Translations under genes and position numbers: made by a program
Part shown: piece by piece, positions 29,626 to 41,358 of the stretch
How the letters are laid out: each line of letters begins with the position of its first letter
How positions within the stretch are numbered: the first letter of the stretch is position 1
Notes under the pieces: generated by a model
Told to the model about the DNA's origin: nothing
The model's input: only the letters and a program-made list of their open reading frames with translations
The model's database searches: none
Source of the DNA: Thermoanaerobaculia bacterium
GTDB lineage: Bacteria > Acidobacteriota > Thermoanaerobaculia > Multivoradales > JAIOJS01
DNA: 64,000 nt
NCBI GenBank assembly: GCA_963806095.1
Contig: CAWDWV010000002.1
Span: forward strand, 1,781,424 to 1,845,423
Reading direction: 5' to 3'

Positions 29626-30144
29626 ATGAGAGCCCGCGCCTTCGCCCTGCTCGCCCTCTTCGTCGTCTTCGGCGCCAGCGTCTCCGACGCCGCCAAGATC
29701 CGCTCCAAGCACGACCCGGCGTTCGACTTCTCGAAGGTGAAGACCTACCGGTTCAGGCTCGAAACGGGGCCCGCTCCCGAGGGCCTCGACCACCGGATTC
29801 GCGCCGAGATTCGCGTCCAACTGACCAAGAAGGGCCTGCGCGAGCTGCCGCCCGGAGAGGAGACCCCCGACATACTCTTGGCCTACGCCGCCGGCTCGGT
29901 CGACCATCTCGGGCCCGGCTTCCAGGTGGTGGCGGGTTGGTATGGCGACCTGCTGGCGGTCCCCGGGAACCAATCGACGATCACCGGCGGGGTGCTGATC
30001 GAGATGGGAGACCCGAAGAGCGGCAAGGCCGTCTGGGCGGCCACCTACATCATGAAAGGCACGACTCCGAATGCGCTGCAAGTGATGATCGAGCGCGTCG
30101 AGAAGGCCGTGCGGGGAGCGCTCTCGAAGTACCCGCCGCGCTGA
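29626..30144 (+). CDS. DUF4136 domain exported protein
   Basis: Signal peptide; DPAFDFSKVKTY, LTKKGL, GGVLIEMGDPKSGKAVW, ALSKYPP. Confidence 0.8.
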   Translation: MRARAFALLALFVVFGASVSDAAKIRSKHDPAFDFSKVKTYRFRLETGPAPEGLDHRIRAEIRVQLTKKGLRELPPGEETPDILLAYAAGSVDHLGPGFQVVAGWYGDLLAVPGNQSTITGGVLIEMGDPKSGKAVWAATYIMKGTTPNALQVMIERVEKAVRGALSKYPPR

Positions 30145-30177
30145 GCGGCCCGCCGACTCGGATAGTCTCAGCGGCCG

Positions 30178-31090
30178 ATGAAGCCGGCCCCCTTCGCGTA
30201 CGTCGCGCCGCGCTCGCTCGACGAGGCGCTGGCGCTGCTGGCGCGCCACGGCGACGAGGGCAAGGCCCTCGCCGGCGGGCAGAGCCTGCTGCCGGTGCTC
30301 AACTTCCGCCTCGCGCAGCCGACGGTGCTGGTCGACCTCAACGGCGTCGGCGAGCTCGAGCTGCTCGCTGCCGGCCGACGACGGCGGGCTGCGCATGGGC
30401 GCGCTGACGCGCCATCGCCAGCTCGAGCGCGAGCCGCTCGTCGCTGAGCGCGCGCCGTTGCTCAAGGAGGCGGTGCACCACATCGCGCACCCGCAGATCC
30501 GTAACCGCGGCACCGTCGGCGGCAGCCTCGCCCACGCCGATCCCAAGGCCGAGCTGCCGGCGCTGGCCGTGGCGCTGCAGGCGCGGTTCAAGTTGCAGCG
30601 CGAAGGTAGCGAGCGCTGGATCGACGCCGCCGACTTCTACACCGGCCTCTTCAGCACCGACCTCGCGACCGACGAGCTGCTCACCGAGATGGTGTGGCCG
30701 GCGCTGCCGGCGGGGAGCGGCTGGGCGTTCGAGGAGGCGGCGCGGCGCCACGGCGACTACGCGCAGGTGGGCGTGGCGGCGATCGTGCGACTCGACGACG
30801 GTGGGCGATGCGCGGCGGCGCGGCTGGTGTTCCTCGCCGTCGGCGACGGGCCGCTGGTGGCGAGCGCGGCGGCTGCGGCGCTCGTGGGCGAGACGCCCGG
30901 CGAGGGGCCGATCGCCGCCGCCGCCGAGGCCGCTGCGGGCGAGATCGAGCCGCGCGGCGACGTCCACGCGAGCGCCGGAGTTCAAGCGCCACCTGGCGCG
31001 CGTGCTGACGGCGCGCGCGCTGCGCCGCGCCTTCGCGCGCGCCGCTGGTGGCTCGCGCACGGCTGGCGCGGAGGTGCGACCCATGGCTGA
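30178..31090 (+). CDS. coxM: Xanthine/CO dehydrogenase family FAD-binding subunit (frameshifted)
   Basis: MKPAPFAY, AGGQSLLP, IRNRGTVGGS, RRHGDYA. Confidence 0.88.
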
Positions 31091-31641
31091 GCCGCTGCGC
31101 GAGCCGGCCACGACGCTCGCGGTGACGACGCGCGTCAACGGCGTCGAGCACACGCGCACCGTCGAGGCGCGCCTCCTGCTCTCCGACTTCATCCGCCACG
31201 AGCTGCGGTCTCACCGGCACCCACGTCGGCTGCGAGCACGGCGTCTGCGGCGCCTGCACGGTGCTGCTCGACGGCGAGCCGGTGCGCTCGTGCCTCATCC
31301 TCGCGGCGCAGGTCGACGGCCGCGAGGTGACGACGGTCGAGGCGCTGGCGCCCGGCCCCGAGCAGCTCCACCCGCTGCAGGAAGCGTTCTGGGACTCGCA
31401 CGGGCTGCAGTGCGGCTTCTGCACGCCGGGGATCCTGATGACGCTGATCCCCTTCCTGCGCGACAACCCGCACCCCGACGAGCAGACGGTGCGCCTGGCG
31501 CTCTCCGGCAACCTCTGCCGCTGCACCGGCTACCAGCACATCGTCGATGCGGTGCTGCTGGCGGCGCAGCGCGCGGCCGCGGTCGCGGCCGACCGCGAAG
31601 CCGCGCCGGTAGTCGAACGCCCAGACACGTCGAGCTCTTGA
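31083..31641 (+). CDS. coxS: Xanthine/CO dehydrogenase family 2Fe-2S subunit (frameshift near 31210)
   Basis: [27 protein letters not shown]. Confidence 0.9.
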
Positions 31642-32921
31642 GCGCCCTCCCGGCCGCCGTCGCTCCCCAAGACTTGACTCGCCCCGGCGCGGTGAGGACG
31701 CTCCGCCGCGCCTTCGACGAGCGCGATGCGGAAGTGCTCGCCTTCCTTCCCGAGCCCGACCGCTGGGATCGGCTCGAGCGCGAGACGGCGGCGCTTCGGG
31801 ACGGCCCGCTGGCCGCACTGGCGCAGGAGCAGCCCAACCTCTTCGGGCTGCCGATCGGCGTCAAGGACATCTTTCGCGTCGACGGCTTCGACGACCCGCG
31901 CCGGCAGCCGCCTGCCGCCCGAGGCGCTCGCGGGAGCGGAATCGGTAGCCGTCGCGCGGCTGCGCGCGGCGGGAGCGGTGGTGGTGGGCAAGACGGTGAC
32001 GACCGAGTTCGCGTACTTCGCGCCCGGGCCGACGCGGAATCCCGCTGCACCGGGGCGCACGCCCGGGGGGCTCGAGCAGCGGCTCGGCGGCGGCGGTAGC
32101 GGCGCGCCTCGTGCCGGTGGCACTCGGCACCCAGACCATCGGCTCCATCTGCCGGCCGGCGGCGTACTGCGGCGTCGTCGGCTTCAAGCCCACCTATCGA
32201 GCGCGTGCCGCGCGACGGCGTGATCCCGCTCTCGCCTTCGCTCGATCACGTCGGCTGGCTCGCCGCCGACGAGATGCTCGCCGCGCTCGTCGCCGCCGCT
32301 GCTCTGCGATGGGTGGCGCGGCACGCCCGTGGTGACCGCGCCCCGGCTGGCGGTGCCCGAGGGCCCCTACCTCGAGCGCTGCTCGCCGGGTGGGCTCGCC
32401 ATCTTTCGCGCGGTGTGCGATGGGCTCGTCGCGAGGGGCTTCGAGGTGCGGGCGGTGCCGGCGATTCCGGACTTCGCCGACGATCGATGCGCGGCATCGC
32501 CTGCTCGTCGCCGCCGACGCCTGGCAGGTCCACGAGCGCTGGTTCTCGCTCTACGGCGACCTGCTACCACGGCGAGACGCGCGCGCTGCTCGAGCGCGGG
32601 CGGGCGGCAGATGCCGAGACGGTGCGTCGCGCCGGCGAGGGCCGCTTCGAGCTGCGGGCCCAGCTCGAAGCGTTGATGGACGCGCAGGGTATCGATCTCT
32701 GGCTCTCGCCTCCGGCGCCGGGACCGCCGCCGCTCGGCCTGGGCTCGACCGGCGACCCGGTGATGAACTTGCCGTGGACTTACGCCGGGCTCCCCGCGCT
32801 TACGCTTCCCGCCGGGCGCGACGGCGAAGGGCTGCCGCACGGGATCCAGCTCTGCGCGCGCGGGGGCGCCGACGAGGAGCTCCTCGCCTGGGGCCACTTC
32901 GTGGCGGACTGTCTGCAGTGA
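31638..32921 (+). CDS. Amidase signature family protein (frameshifted)
   Basis: [19 protein letters not shown](SSSG), [16 protein letters not shown]. Confidence 0.85.
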
Positions 32922-34752
32922 GCGCGCGCCGCCAGCTCATCCGCGCCGGCGCCTACCTCGACTCCGTCGTGCTGCTCGAGCTGCAGCGTCGCTTGAGCGC
33001 CGAGCCCGGCGTGCTGCGCGTCGCTGCGGTGATGGCGACGCCGGCGAACCAGGAGGTGCTGGCGGAGGCCGGCCTCGCCGGCGAGGAGACGAGCGCCGCG
33101 CGTCCCGACGACCTCGTCGTCGTCGTCGAGGCGGATCGACGAAGCCGCGGCGGCGACGGCGCTCTCGCGCGTCGACGAGCTGCTCACGCAGCGCCGCCAA
33201 GTGGCGGCGACCGCCGCGCGCCCGCGCAGCCTCGACTCGGCGCTGCGCGTGCTGCCGGCCGCCCACTGGGTGCTGGTCTCGGTGCCCGGCGCCTACGCGG
33301 CCGAGGTGGCGTGGAGCGCGCTCGGCGCCGGCCGCCACGTCTTCCTCTTCAGCGACCACGTGCCGCTGGCGGAAGAAGTCGCGCTCAAGCGGGCGGCGCG
33401 GCAACGCGGCCTGCTCGTGCTCGGGCCCGACTGCGGTACCGCGGTGGTCGCCGGCACCGGCCTCGGCTTCGCCAACCGCGTGCGACCGGGGCCGATCGGC
33501 GTCGTCGCCGCTTCCGGCACCGGCCTGCAGGCGGTCCTCGCACACCTCGACGCGCTCGGCACCGGCGTCACGCAGGCGCTCGGCACCGGCGGCCGCGACC
33601 TCTCCGCGGAGGTCGGTGGAATCGCCGCGACGCAGGCCCTGCAGCTGCTCGCCGCCGATCCCGCGACGCGCGTCATCGTGCTGGTGAGCAAGCCGCCGGC
33701 GCCGGCGGTGGCGGGGCGGCTGCTCGCCGAAGCGCGCGCGCTCGGCAAGCCGCTGGTGGCGTGGCTGCTCGGCGTGCCGATGCCGGCGCGTCGCGTCGGC
33801 AACGTCTGGTTCGCCGCCTCGCCGGCCGACGCGGCCGAGCTCGCGCACTCGCTGGCGCGGCACGAGGAGGCGAGCTCGCCCGACTTCGGCAACGGCACGG
33901 CGGAAGAGCGCGAGCCGTCGACGCCTGGCACCGCGGCTTCGCGATCCGCCGCGGCCCGCTCGCTCGAGGGAGGCTCGACCGACTCACTCCCCGTCATGGA
34001 GCGCCCGGCCGCGCCGCCGGCCCCGACGGCGCGCCGGCGCCGGGCCGCTACGTGCGCGCGCTGTGCGGCGGCGGCACGCTGGCGATGCAGCTCGTCGCCG
34101 GGCTGCAACTGCTCTGCGACCCGCTCTACAGCAACGTCGCGCTGCGCCCCGAGCAGCATCTCGAGGATCCACTCAGCAGCCGCGCCCATTGCGTTGTCGA
34201 CATGGGTGCCGACGAGCTCACCGCCGGCAAGCCGCACCCGATGCTCGACGCGCAGCCGCTCGCCGAGCGCCTCGCAGTGGAGGCGGCCGATCCCGAGGTC
34301 GGCCTGCTGCTGTTCGACGTCGTGCTCGGCGACGGCACCAACGCCGATCCTGCCGCCGTGCTCGGCCCGGCCGTGGAGGCGGCGCGCGAGCGCGCTGCTG
34401 GCGAGGGGCGCCCGCTCACCGTGGTGGCGCTGCTGCAGGGCACGAGCGGCGACCCGCAGGACGTCGAGGCTGCAGGCGGCGCGGCTCACCGATGCGGGCG
34501 CGCTCGTCTGCCGCTCGCTGGAAGAGGCGCTCGCCGCGGCGTGGGAGCACGTCGCGCAGTGGCTTCCCGAGGAGCCCGCCGCGGCGGTGCCGCCGGCGCC
34601 GTCGCGCCGCCGTTCGCGGCGGTCACCGTCGGCGTCGAGGCGTTCCACGACAGCCTGCTCGCCCAGGGCGCCGACGGCGGTGCAGGTCGATTGGCGGCCG
34701 CCCGCGGGCGGCGACCCGGACCTCATGGACCTGCTTGCGGAGGATGCGATGA
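32918..34752 (+). CDS. fdrA: Acyl-CoA synthetase-like FdrA (frameshifted)
   Basis: YLDSV, SVPGAYAA, GPDCGT, ASGTG, GTGGRDLS, SKPP, GGTL, PHPM, DWRPPAGG. Confidence 0.87.
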
Positions 34753-36099
34753 GCGTGCGACCGACGCCCCGCGTTGCAGCGATGCGAGCGAGCGGTCGAC
34801 GCCGGCGGCGGCGGCGTACGCCACGTCGGCGCGCCGAGCCCCACCGGCGCCGCCATCGACGAAGCCAATCGCGTCGCCGTCGATCGCATGGCAGCGGTGC
34901 GCCCGCTGCTCACCGGCGTCGCGCGCGCCGGCGACGTCATCCCCGGCCTGCGCCCGGGCGTGCTGCTCCACGCCGGGCCGCCCATCGAGTGGGCACGCGC
35001 TTCGGGCCCGCTGCGCGGCGCGGTGATCGGCGCGCTGCTCTACGAAGGCATGGCCGCCGACGAGGCGGAAGCGGAAGCGCTCGTCGCGCGCGGCGAAGTG
35101 ACGCTCGAGCCCTGCCATCACCACAGCGCCGTCGGCCCGATGGCCGGCGTCACCTCGCCCTCGATGACGGTGTGGGTGGTCGAGGACGCGGCCGGCGGCC
35201 GCCGCGCCTACTCCAACGTCAACGAGGGCTACGGCACGCGTGCTGCGCTACGGCGCCTACGCTCCCGAGGTGCTCGACCGCCTGCGCCGCCTCAACGAAG
35301 AAGTCGCGCCGCTGCTCGGCAAAGCGATCGCCGCCGGCGAGCCCGTCGACCTGCGCGCGCTCGTCGGCGAAGCGCTGCACATGGGCGACGAGGGGCACAA
35401 CCGCAACCGCGCCGGCTCGCTGCTGCTGCTGCGCGCGCTCGGCCCGCGGGTCGCGCGGGTGGCGAGCGACGGCGAAGCCGCGGCGGCGGCGCTCGACTAC
35501 CTGGGCGGCAACGCGCTCGCCGTGCTCAACCCGCTGATGGCGGCGTGCAAGCTGATCGCCGACGCCGGGCACGGCGTCGCCGGCTCGACGCTGGTGTCGA
35601 CGATGGCGCGCAACGGCACCGACTTCGGCATCCGCGTCTCCGGCCTCGGCGACCGCTGGCTGACGGCGCCCTCGCCCGTGCCCGACGGCCTCTACTTCGC
35701 GGGCTACGGCCCGGCCGACGCCAACCCCGACATCGGCGACAGCACCATCACCGAGACCGTGGGCCTCGGCGCCTTCGCCATGGCGGCGGCGCCCGCCATC
35801 GTCACCTTCGTCGGCGGCTCGCCCGAGGAGGCGATCGGCGCCACCCTCGAGATGTACGAGATCACCGTCGCCGAGAGCCCGCACTTCACCATCCCGCAGC
35901 TCGGCTTCCGCGGCACGCCGACCGGCATCGACGTGCGCAAGGTCGTCGAGCTCGGCATCACCCCGCGCATCAACACCGGCATCGCCCACCGCGAAGCCGG
36001 GAGTGGGCCAGATCGGCGCTGGGCTCGGTGCGGCCGCCGATGGCGCCGTTCGTGGAGGCGTTGAAGGCTTCGGCGCTGGCGCTGGGCATCGCCGGATAG
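34749..36099 (+). CDS. ylbE: DUF1116 (YlbE) protein (frameshifted)
   Basis: LLHAGPP, PCHHHSAVGPMAG, MGDEGHNRN, MARNGTDFG, DIGDS, INTGIAH. Confidence 0.87.
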
Positions 36100-36144
36100 G
36101 TACCGCGCACCTCCCGCGGGCCGAGTCGATGCTCATGTGGCCGG

Positions 36145-37455
36145 CTATCTAGCGGGCGTGAGGATCCAGGCCGCGACGGACTCGATGATGCCGGGCGCCG
36201 CGTGCCACCAGAAGAAGGGTTCGCCTGGCTGCGGGCGGACGGTGAGGTTGTGCTCCGCCCGGGGAGCGATCCAGGCGGCATAGTTTGCGCCGCTGCCGTC
36301 GAGAGCCGCCTCGATCTGCGCGATGCTCTCGTCGACCGGCACCAGGCGGTCGCGCTGCCCGTAGACGAGCAGCACGGGGCATTTCACCTGGCGCCAGAAG
36401 TCCAGAGAGTCGACCGCGCCGGTCCTCGGGTACCAGGCCCAGAGCCAGGAGTCGCGGGGAGGAATGCCGAGCCACTGGAACCAGCGCTCGCCGGCGACCG
36501 GTGCGCTCGCCGCCTCGAGCTCGGAGTGAGGCCGCCGGCCGAGGGCGACCTCGACGAAGATCGCGTAGAGCGCCATGGCGCGCTCGGCTTCGTCGGGCGG
36601 GAACTCGCTCGCCAGGGCGTTGCGGACCCTGTAGATGTCCTGCTTCCAGGTCGGGCCCGCCGTGGTGTCCTCCGCCACGAGAAAGGCCACGTCGGCACCC
36701 GGCAACGACGCAGCCATCGGCGCGATGATGCCGCCCTGGCTGTGGCCGTGGAGACCGATCCGCCGCATGTCGACCTCGGGGAGGGAGCGCAGCAGGGCGA
36801 CACCCGCGAGCGCGTCGCGGGCCAGCTCCTGGAAGTCCGCCGTTCGCCAGTCGCCCGTCGAGGCGCCGGTGCCGCGCTTGTCGAAGACCAGCGTCACGAT
36901 GCCGGCCCTCGCGAAGCGATCGGCGATGAAGCGGTTGGTCCCCCAGCGCGTCTCGGGTCCGCTCCCGTGGAGCAGGACGACGGCGGGATGGCGCCCGGGC
37001 GTTGTCGGCGAGGCCAGCATGCCCGCGAGGGTCGCGTCGCCATTCCGGAAGGTGACCTCGCGGGTCTTGTAGGGTAGGACAGGCTTCGGCCCGCGGCGTA
37101 GCGCGACGTCGCCCGCCACCTCCTCCCCTTTGAAGGTGCCGCTCAACGTGTCGCCGGCGAGGCGCGCATCGAAGGCGAGGTCGCCGCCGAGGACGAAGTG
37201 CACCGCGCCCTCCTCTCGCGTCACCGAGTCGAGTGGATAGTCCATCGCCCGCTGCGTCGTCGAACTGAAGCGCCCCTCGAGCCCGCGGGCGCCGCTCTCG
37301 AACTCGCAGCTCACCTCCAGCGAGGCGCCGTGCGCGGTCATCGTTCCGCTCCAGTACCCCGCCAGCGGGTCGGTTGCCGCGTCGAGCGCTGTGGTGGAGG
37401 CAAGCAGCGCGACGATCCCGAGGACCAGCGTTCCGGCCGAGCGCATGAAGTCCAT
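36145..37455 (-). CDS. Secreted alpha/beta hydrolase (peptidase S9-like)
   Basis: Signal peptide; HGSG, DKRG, GHSQGG, DRLVP, AEH. Confidence 0.88.
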   Translation of the reverse strand: MDFMRSAGTLVLGIVALLASTTALDAATDPLAGYWSGTMTAHGASLEVSCEFESGARGLEGRFSSTTQRAMDYPLDSVTREEGAVHFVLGGDLAFDARLAGDTLSGTFKGEEVAGDVALRRGPKPVLPYKTREVTFRNGDATLAGMLASPTTPGRHPAVVLLHGSGPETRWGTNRFIADRFARAGIVTLVFDKRGTGASTGDWRTADFQELARDALAGVALLRSLPEVDMRRIGLHGHSQGGIIAPMAASLPGADVAFLVAEDTTAGPTWKQDIYRVRNALASEFPPDEAERAMALYAIFVEVALGRRPHSELEAASAPVAGERWFQWLGIPPRDSWLWAWYPRTGAVDSLDFWRQVKCPVLLVYGQRDRLVPVDESIAQIEAALDGSGANYAAWIAPRAEHNLTVRPQPGEPFFWWHAAPGIIESVAAWILTPAR

Positions 37456-37475
37456 CGTAGCCGGCGGGGAAGCCG

Positions 37476-38156
37476 CTAGTCCTTGACCTTGCTCCCAAGC
37501 GCCTCGGCCGCCCACAGCACGAACGAGCAGCCGATGGGGAAGAGCAGCTCGTTGATCCCCTTGGCGACGAGGTCGATCGCGGTGGGCGCCTGCGGCGCGG
37601 CGCGCACGAGCACGGCGATGATGGCGCTGCCGAAGACGACGCCGACGGCGGCGCCGGTCAGCAGGTGGACGCGCAGGTTCGGCGTGCCGCCGCGGTTGCC
37701 CAGCCCGCCGACGGTGGCGCCGAGGATGCCGTACTCGAGCGCCTTCAGTGCCACGACCACGAAGGTCGATCCAACCGCGGCGCCCGAGATGAGCCCCAAC
37801 GCCTGGCCGACGCCTTTGTGCGCGGCGCGCGCGACGTGGAAGCCGAGCGGCGCCGAGATCAGCCCCAGCAGCCCCATGCGATCGGATTGCCGCCTGCCGG
37901 CGGTGTTGCCGATGGCGAGGCCGACGCAGACGATGGTCGCCCAAGAGACCTTCTGCGCCAGGTCGGCGACCACCGGCGCGAGCTTCGGAAAGCCGCGGGT
38001 GGCGGCGACGGCCACCAGCAGCAGCTCGATGGTCAAGCCGAGGAGGACCGACATCCAGCCCACGCGCAGCACCCGGCGCCAGACGGGAGCGCTGGTTGTC
38101 GTGGCACCATCCGCCGGCAGGAGCGGGGAAGGGGAGGCGAGGCTGACTTGGGTCAT
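37476..38156 (-). CDS. Multi-pass membrane protein of unknown function
   Basis: About six hydrophobic segments. Confidence 0.75.
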   Translation of the reverse strand: MTQVSLASPSPLLPADGATTTSAPVWRRVLRVGWMSVLLGLTIELLLVAVAATRGFPKLAPVVADLAQKVSWATIVCVGLAIGNTAGRRQSDRMGLLGLISAPLGFHVARAAHKGVGQALGLISGAAVGSTFVVVALKALEYGILGATVGGLGNRGGTPNLRVHLLTGAAVGVVFGSAIIAVLVRAAPQAPTAIDLVAKGINELLFPIGCSFVLWAAEALGSKVKD

Positions 38157-38438
38157 CGATGTTCGCGGCTCGTGACTCGGCGGATTCTACGCAGCGCCCG
38201 CCTCGCAGGAGTGCTCGTCACGGCCGCCTCCTCTACCTCCTCTAGCGGAAACGAGCCGAGAACCTGCTCACCCGGTGGCGAACCAGCCACCACGGTCGGA
38301 TGCGGGGCAGTAGTAGGGTCCGCTCTGCGCACAATTCCCAAGCGAGCCGTAGCCCGCCGCGATGAAGGCGTGAGTTTGCGTGCCATGGCTTCGCGCATCT
38401 CATCGGGCGGGCACCGCCAGAAAATGCTACAGTGGAGT

Positions 38439-39968
38439 ATGAAATCTTTATTTTTGGCCGCGCTGGCGATACTGGCCACGACTGCCACGGTCGCCGCGGC
38501 GAGCACGGTGAGTCCCCAACCGACGCTCGACGGTCGCCTGGTGACAGCCGCCAGCCTCATGGAGCGGCTCGGCGAGCGCGCCGGTGGCGAGGTGGTCCTC
38601 GAGAACCTCCCGTTCGCGACCGGCGAGCTGAGCCTGAGACTTCACAGGCTCGACCTCTTCGAGCCAGGCTTTCGGCTGGTCGTCGGCGGCGAGCTCCGGA
38701 CATCACACGACCCCGCCCGCTACCTGGTGCTTGCCGGCGAGGCGGCGCAACACCCGGGCTCGCTCGCCGTCCTGGTGCTCGATCGACGACTCGGCGCCGG
38801 CAGCGGCGTCGTGCGGTGGGAGGATGAGGCGTGGGCCGTCGAGGTGGCCGGTGGGCAGGACGACCTACCCCTCGCGGCGATCTGGCAGGCCCGCCGCGTC
38901 GCCGCCGAGAGCGCGCTGTCGCTCGAATCCGACATGGTCTTCGCCTCGGCGGCGGAGCCTGTGGCGAAGGCAGCAAAGCCGCGGATCGTCCCGGCGCCCG
39001 GCAGCGAGTACGCCGCCTCCTTCGTCGTCGACAGCGACCACGAGTTCTTCCAGCGGATGGGCTCGGAGGACCGGGCCCTCGCCTTCGTGGCCGAGGTGAT
39101 TGGTGCCGCCTCGGAGCTCTTCCACCGCCAGGTCGGGGCGAGCTTGACCATCCAGGAGCTCGTCCTCAATCCCACCGCTGACGACCGCTGGGAGGCACCG
39201 AACCCCCACCAGTGCGGGTCGCTGCAAGTGCTGAGGGAGTTCGGCGAGTGGTACCAGTCGCATCGGCCGGTCGCGAGCTTCCCGCGCGCCGCCGCGATCC
39301 TCTTCACCGGCAAGCAGGCGGATTGCGGCGGCCAAGCCGTCATCGGCGGCATCTGCGGACAGGTTCGTCGCCAGGACCTTGGCTACGGGACGATCGTCGT
39401 CTCGTCGAACAACGCCGCCCCGCACTTGCAGTCGGCGGCCCACGAGGTGGGACACCTGTTCGGCTCGGTGCACACCCACTGCTACCAACCGCCGATCGAC
39501 GTCTGCAGTGCCGTCGAGGCCGATCGCGGATGCTACGACGGCCCTACCGAGTCCCCCTCCGACGGTGGGTCGCTGATGAGCTACTGCACCAACCGCGCCT
39601 TCTCGCTCGGCGAGGCCGGCCGCTACGGGGACCGCAGCGAGCGCGTGCTGCAGGCGATCGGCGCGCAGCTCGTGCAGGTGGCGCCCTCCTGTCTGCAGCG
39701 CACCAACGACCCTTACGCGCTTCGCCTGGAGGTGGCCGGTCGCACCGTCACTCTCGCGTGGGAAGACCGCTTCCAAAACGAGAAACGCTGGGAAGTCGAG
39801 CAGCTGCAGCGCAACGGCAAGTACAAGCGCGTCCGCCTGCTGCCAGCCAACGCCACCGGTGTTGCCATCCCCGGCCAGAAGCCCGGAACCACGGCGTTCC
39901 GGGTGCGCGCGCAGGTCGGCCGGGACTTCGCCGAGTACTCGGCGGTGGTCGAGATCACGGTTCCCTGA
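38439..39968 (+). CDS. Secreted M12 (reprolysin-like) metallopeptidase with C-terminal FN3-like domain
   Basis: Signal peptide; HEVGHLFGSVH zinc motif; Met-turn SLMSYC; TLAWEDR...FRVRA...YS. Confidence 0.9.
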   Translation: MKSLFLAALAILATTATVAAASTVSPQPTLDGRLVTAASLMERLGERAGGEVVLENLPFATGELSLRLHRLDLFEPGFRLVVGGELRTSHDPARYLVLAGEAAQHPGSLAVLVLDRRLGAGSGVVRWEDEAWAVEVAGGQDDLPLAAIWQARRVAAESALSLESDMVFASAAEPVAKAAKPRIVPAPGSEYAASFVVDSDHEFFQRMGSEDRALAFVAEVIGAASELFHRQVGASLTIQELVLNPTADDRWEAPNPHQCGSLQVLREFGEWYQSHRPVASFPRAAAILFTGKQADCGGQAVIGGICGQVRRQDLGYGTIVVSSNNAAPHLQSAAHEVGHLFGSVHTHCYQPPIDVCSAVEADRGCYDGPTESPSDGGSLMSYCTNRAFSLGEAGRYGDRSERVLQAIGAQLVQVAPSCLQRTNDPYALRLEVAGRTVTLAWEDRFQNEKRWEVEQLQRNGKYKRVRLLPANATGVAIPGQKPGTTAFRVRAQVGRDFAEYSAVVEITVP

Positions 39969-40004
39969 GCGGACCCGCGGGCGGCTCCAAGCGGGCCGGC
40001 GAGG

Positions 40005-41120
40005 TCACCCGGATGGCCTCCGCCTTTCCCTCTCGACTTTGAGCCAGTCTTGGGCCCGGTGCAACCCGACCCGAGCGTCTGGTAGGAAGAGGCTCTTCGG
40101 GAAGCGAGCCATGAAATCGGCGTACCCTCGAATCAGCTCCTCGTAGTCGACCTCGCCACAGCGGGGTCCGTTGGGCAGTCGCGACATCCACCATGCTTCG
40201 TCCGTCTCGGGACCGCCGGGGAAGAGCCGCAGGTACTCTTCATATCCCTCGGTCCCAGCGACCCACGTCCCACCGAAAACCTCACACGAGTAGAGGGCGA
40301 CGCCAAGCGATCCAGCCTTCTCGATTAGGGCTCCCGCCGCCCGATCTCTAAACAAGAGATCGGCCACGCGATCAGCCCCGCGGTTCAGCTTCAACCAGGC
40401 CAGCGCCCTCTCGGCATCGCTCGATGAGCTACTGATCTCGTCGCGGTGAGCACGCATCTTGGCGATCTCCATCTCGACGAGAACGTGCCGGAAGGCTCGA
40501 TTACGTTTCCGGATGGCGTCGGGATCCTCAGCAGCCTGGCGCGTCAGGTCGACGTCCACCGGCGGCGTCACCTCAGACAGAGTCGATCCGGCGGGGGCTG
40601 GACCGAGGATTTGGATCTCGCCAACGCCGCCTGTGCTTGCGAACGTGATGATGACCTCACGAACACCCGGCGTCGCGGCGGGCAGCGCATAGACCATCGG
40701 CACCTCTTCCCGGATCACCAGCGTCGACATCACCAGCGACAATGGCCCCTCCCCTCGCAATTGGACCCAGAAGCTCTCCGGCGAGCCATAGAAGTCATAG
40801 AGGTCGCCACTGGACTCGATCACCACGGCTCTCACCGTGACGGCTTCCGAGAACCGCACCACCACGAAGGCCGCCGCACTCGGCAGCCACGTGGAGTAGT
40901 TGATGCCATTCACGACGTTCCTGCCGCCGTCGAAGGCGTTCCGTACGCCGTAGAAGGCGTCGTCCTGTAGCCGCGCTTCGCTGCTCCGACTGGCGTACAC
41001 GCGGGCGATGGGGAGCCGGGCGAGGTTGACCAGATCAATCTCTGAGCTCCCCGCCAGGCAGGGCACCGCACCGATTAGGGCGACTGTCAGTCCCTGAACC
41101 CACGCTCTGTAGCTACGCAC
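40005..41120 (-). CDS. Secreted hypothetical protein (beta-sandwich N-terminus, helical TPR-like C-terminus)
   Basis: Long ORF with lower GC; signal-like start; YEEYLRLFPGGP and YADFMARFPKS repeats. Start uncertain. Confidence 0.7.
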   Translation of the reverse strand: MRSYRAWVQGLTVALIGAVPCLAGSSEIDLVNLARLPIARVYASRSSEARLQDDAFYGVRNAFDGGRNVVNGINYSTWLPSAAAFVVVRFSEAVTVRAVVIESSGDLYDFYGSPESFWVQLRGEGPLSLVMSTLVIREEVPMVYALPAATPGVREVIITFASTGGVGEIQILGPAPAGSTLSEVTPPVDVDLTRQAAEDPDAIRKRNRAFRHVLVEMEIAKMRAHRDEISSSSSDAERALAWLKLNRGADRVADLLFRDRAAGALIEKAGSLGVALYSCEVFGGTWVAGTEGYEEYLRLFPGGPETDEAWWMSRLPNGPRCGEVDYEELIRGYADFMARFPKSLFLPDARVGLHRAQDWLKVERERRRPSG

Positions 41121-41266
41121 AAGCCCTCCTGGCTCTGATATCGCGAGTGGCGCGACTCCGCCTCGCCGACTCCTCGTCCACTGACTTAGCCTGCGGGTCG
41201 GGCGTGGCGCCGCCGTGGCCCTAATCGGGCAGCGTCGTGGCGGGCGCAGCGAGCAGCGAGCAGCGC

Positions 41267-41292
41267 CACGTGACCGGTGCATGGCACCGGTT
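41267..41292 (+). repeat. RAYT-associated REP copy A
   Basis: CACGTGACCGGTGC-ATG-GCACCGGTT. Confidence 0.8.
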
Positions 41293-41358
41293 CGCCGCCG
41301 GCCGATCGATACGGCCCCCGGTTTGCGCGTCGGTCAGTGCGGCAAACGGGAGGGAGCC

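Noticed and set aside
30178-31641. True aerobic CO dehydrogenase
   Set aside because: No coxL is present to check for the AYxCSFR motif; the context favours a heterocycle hydroxylase.
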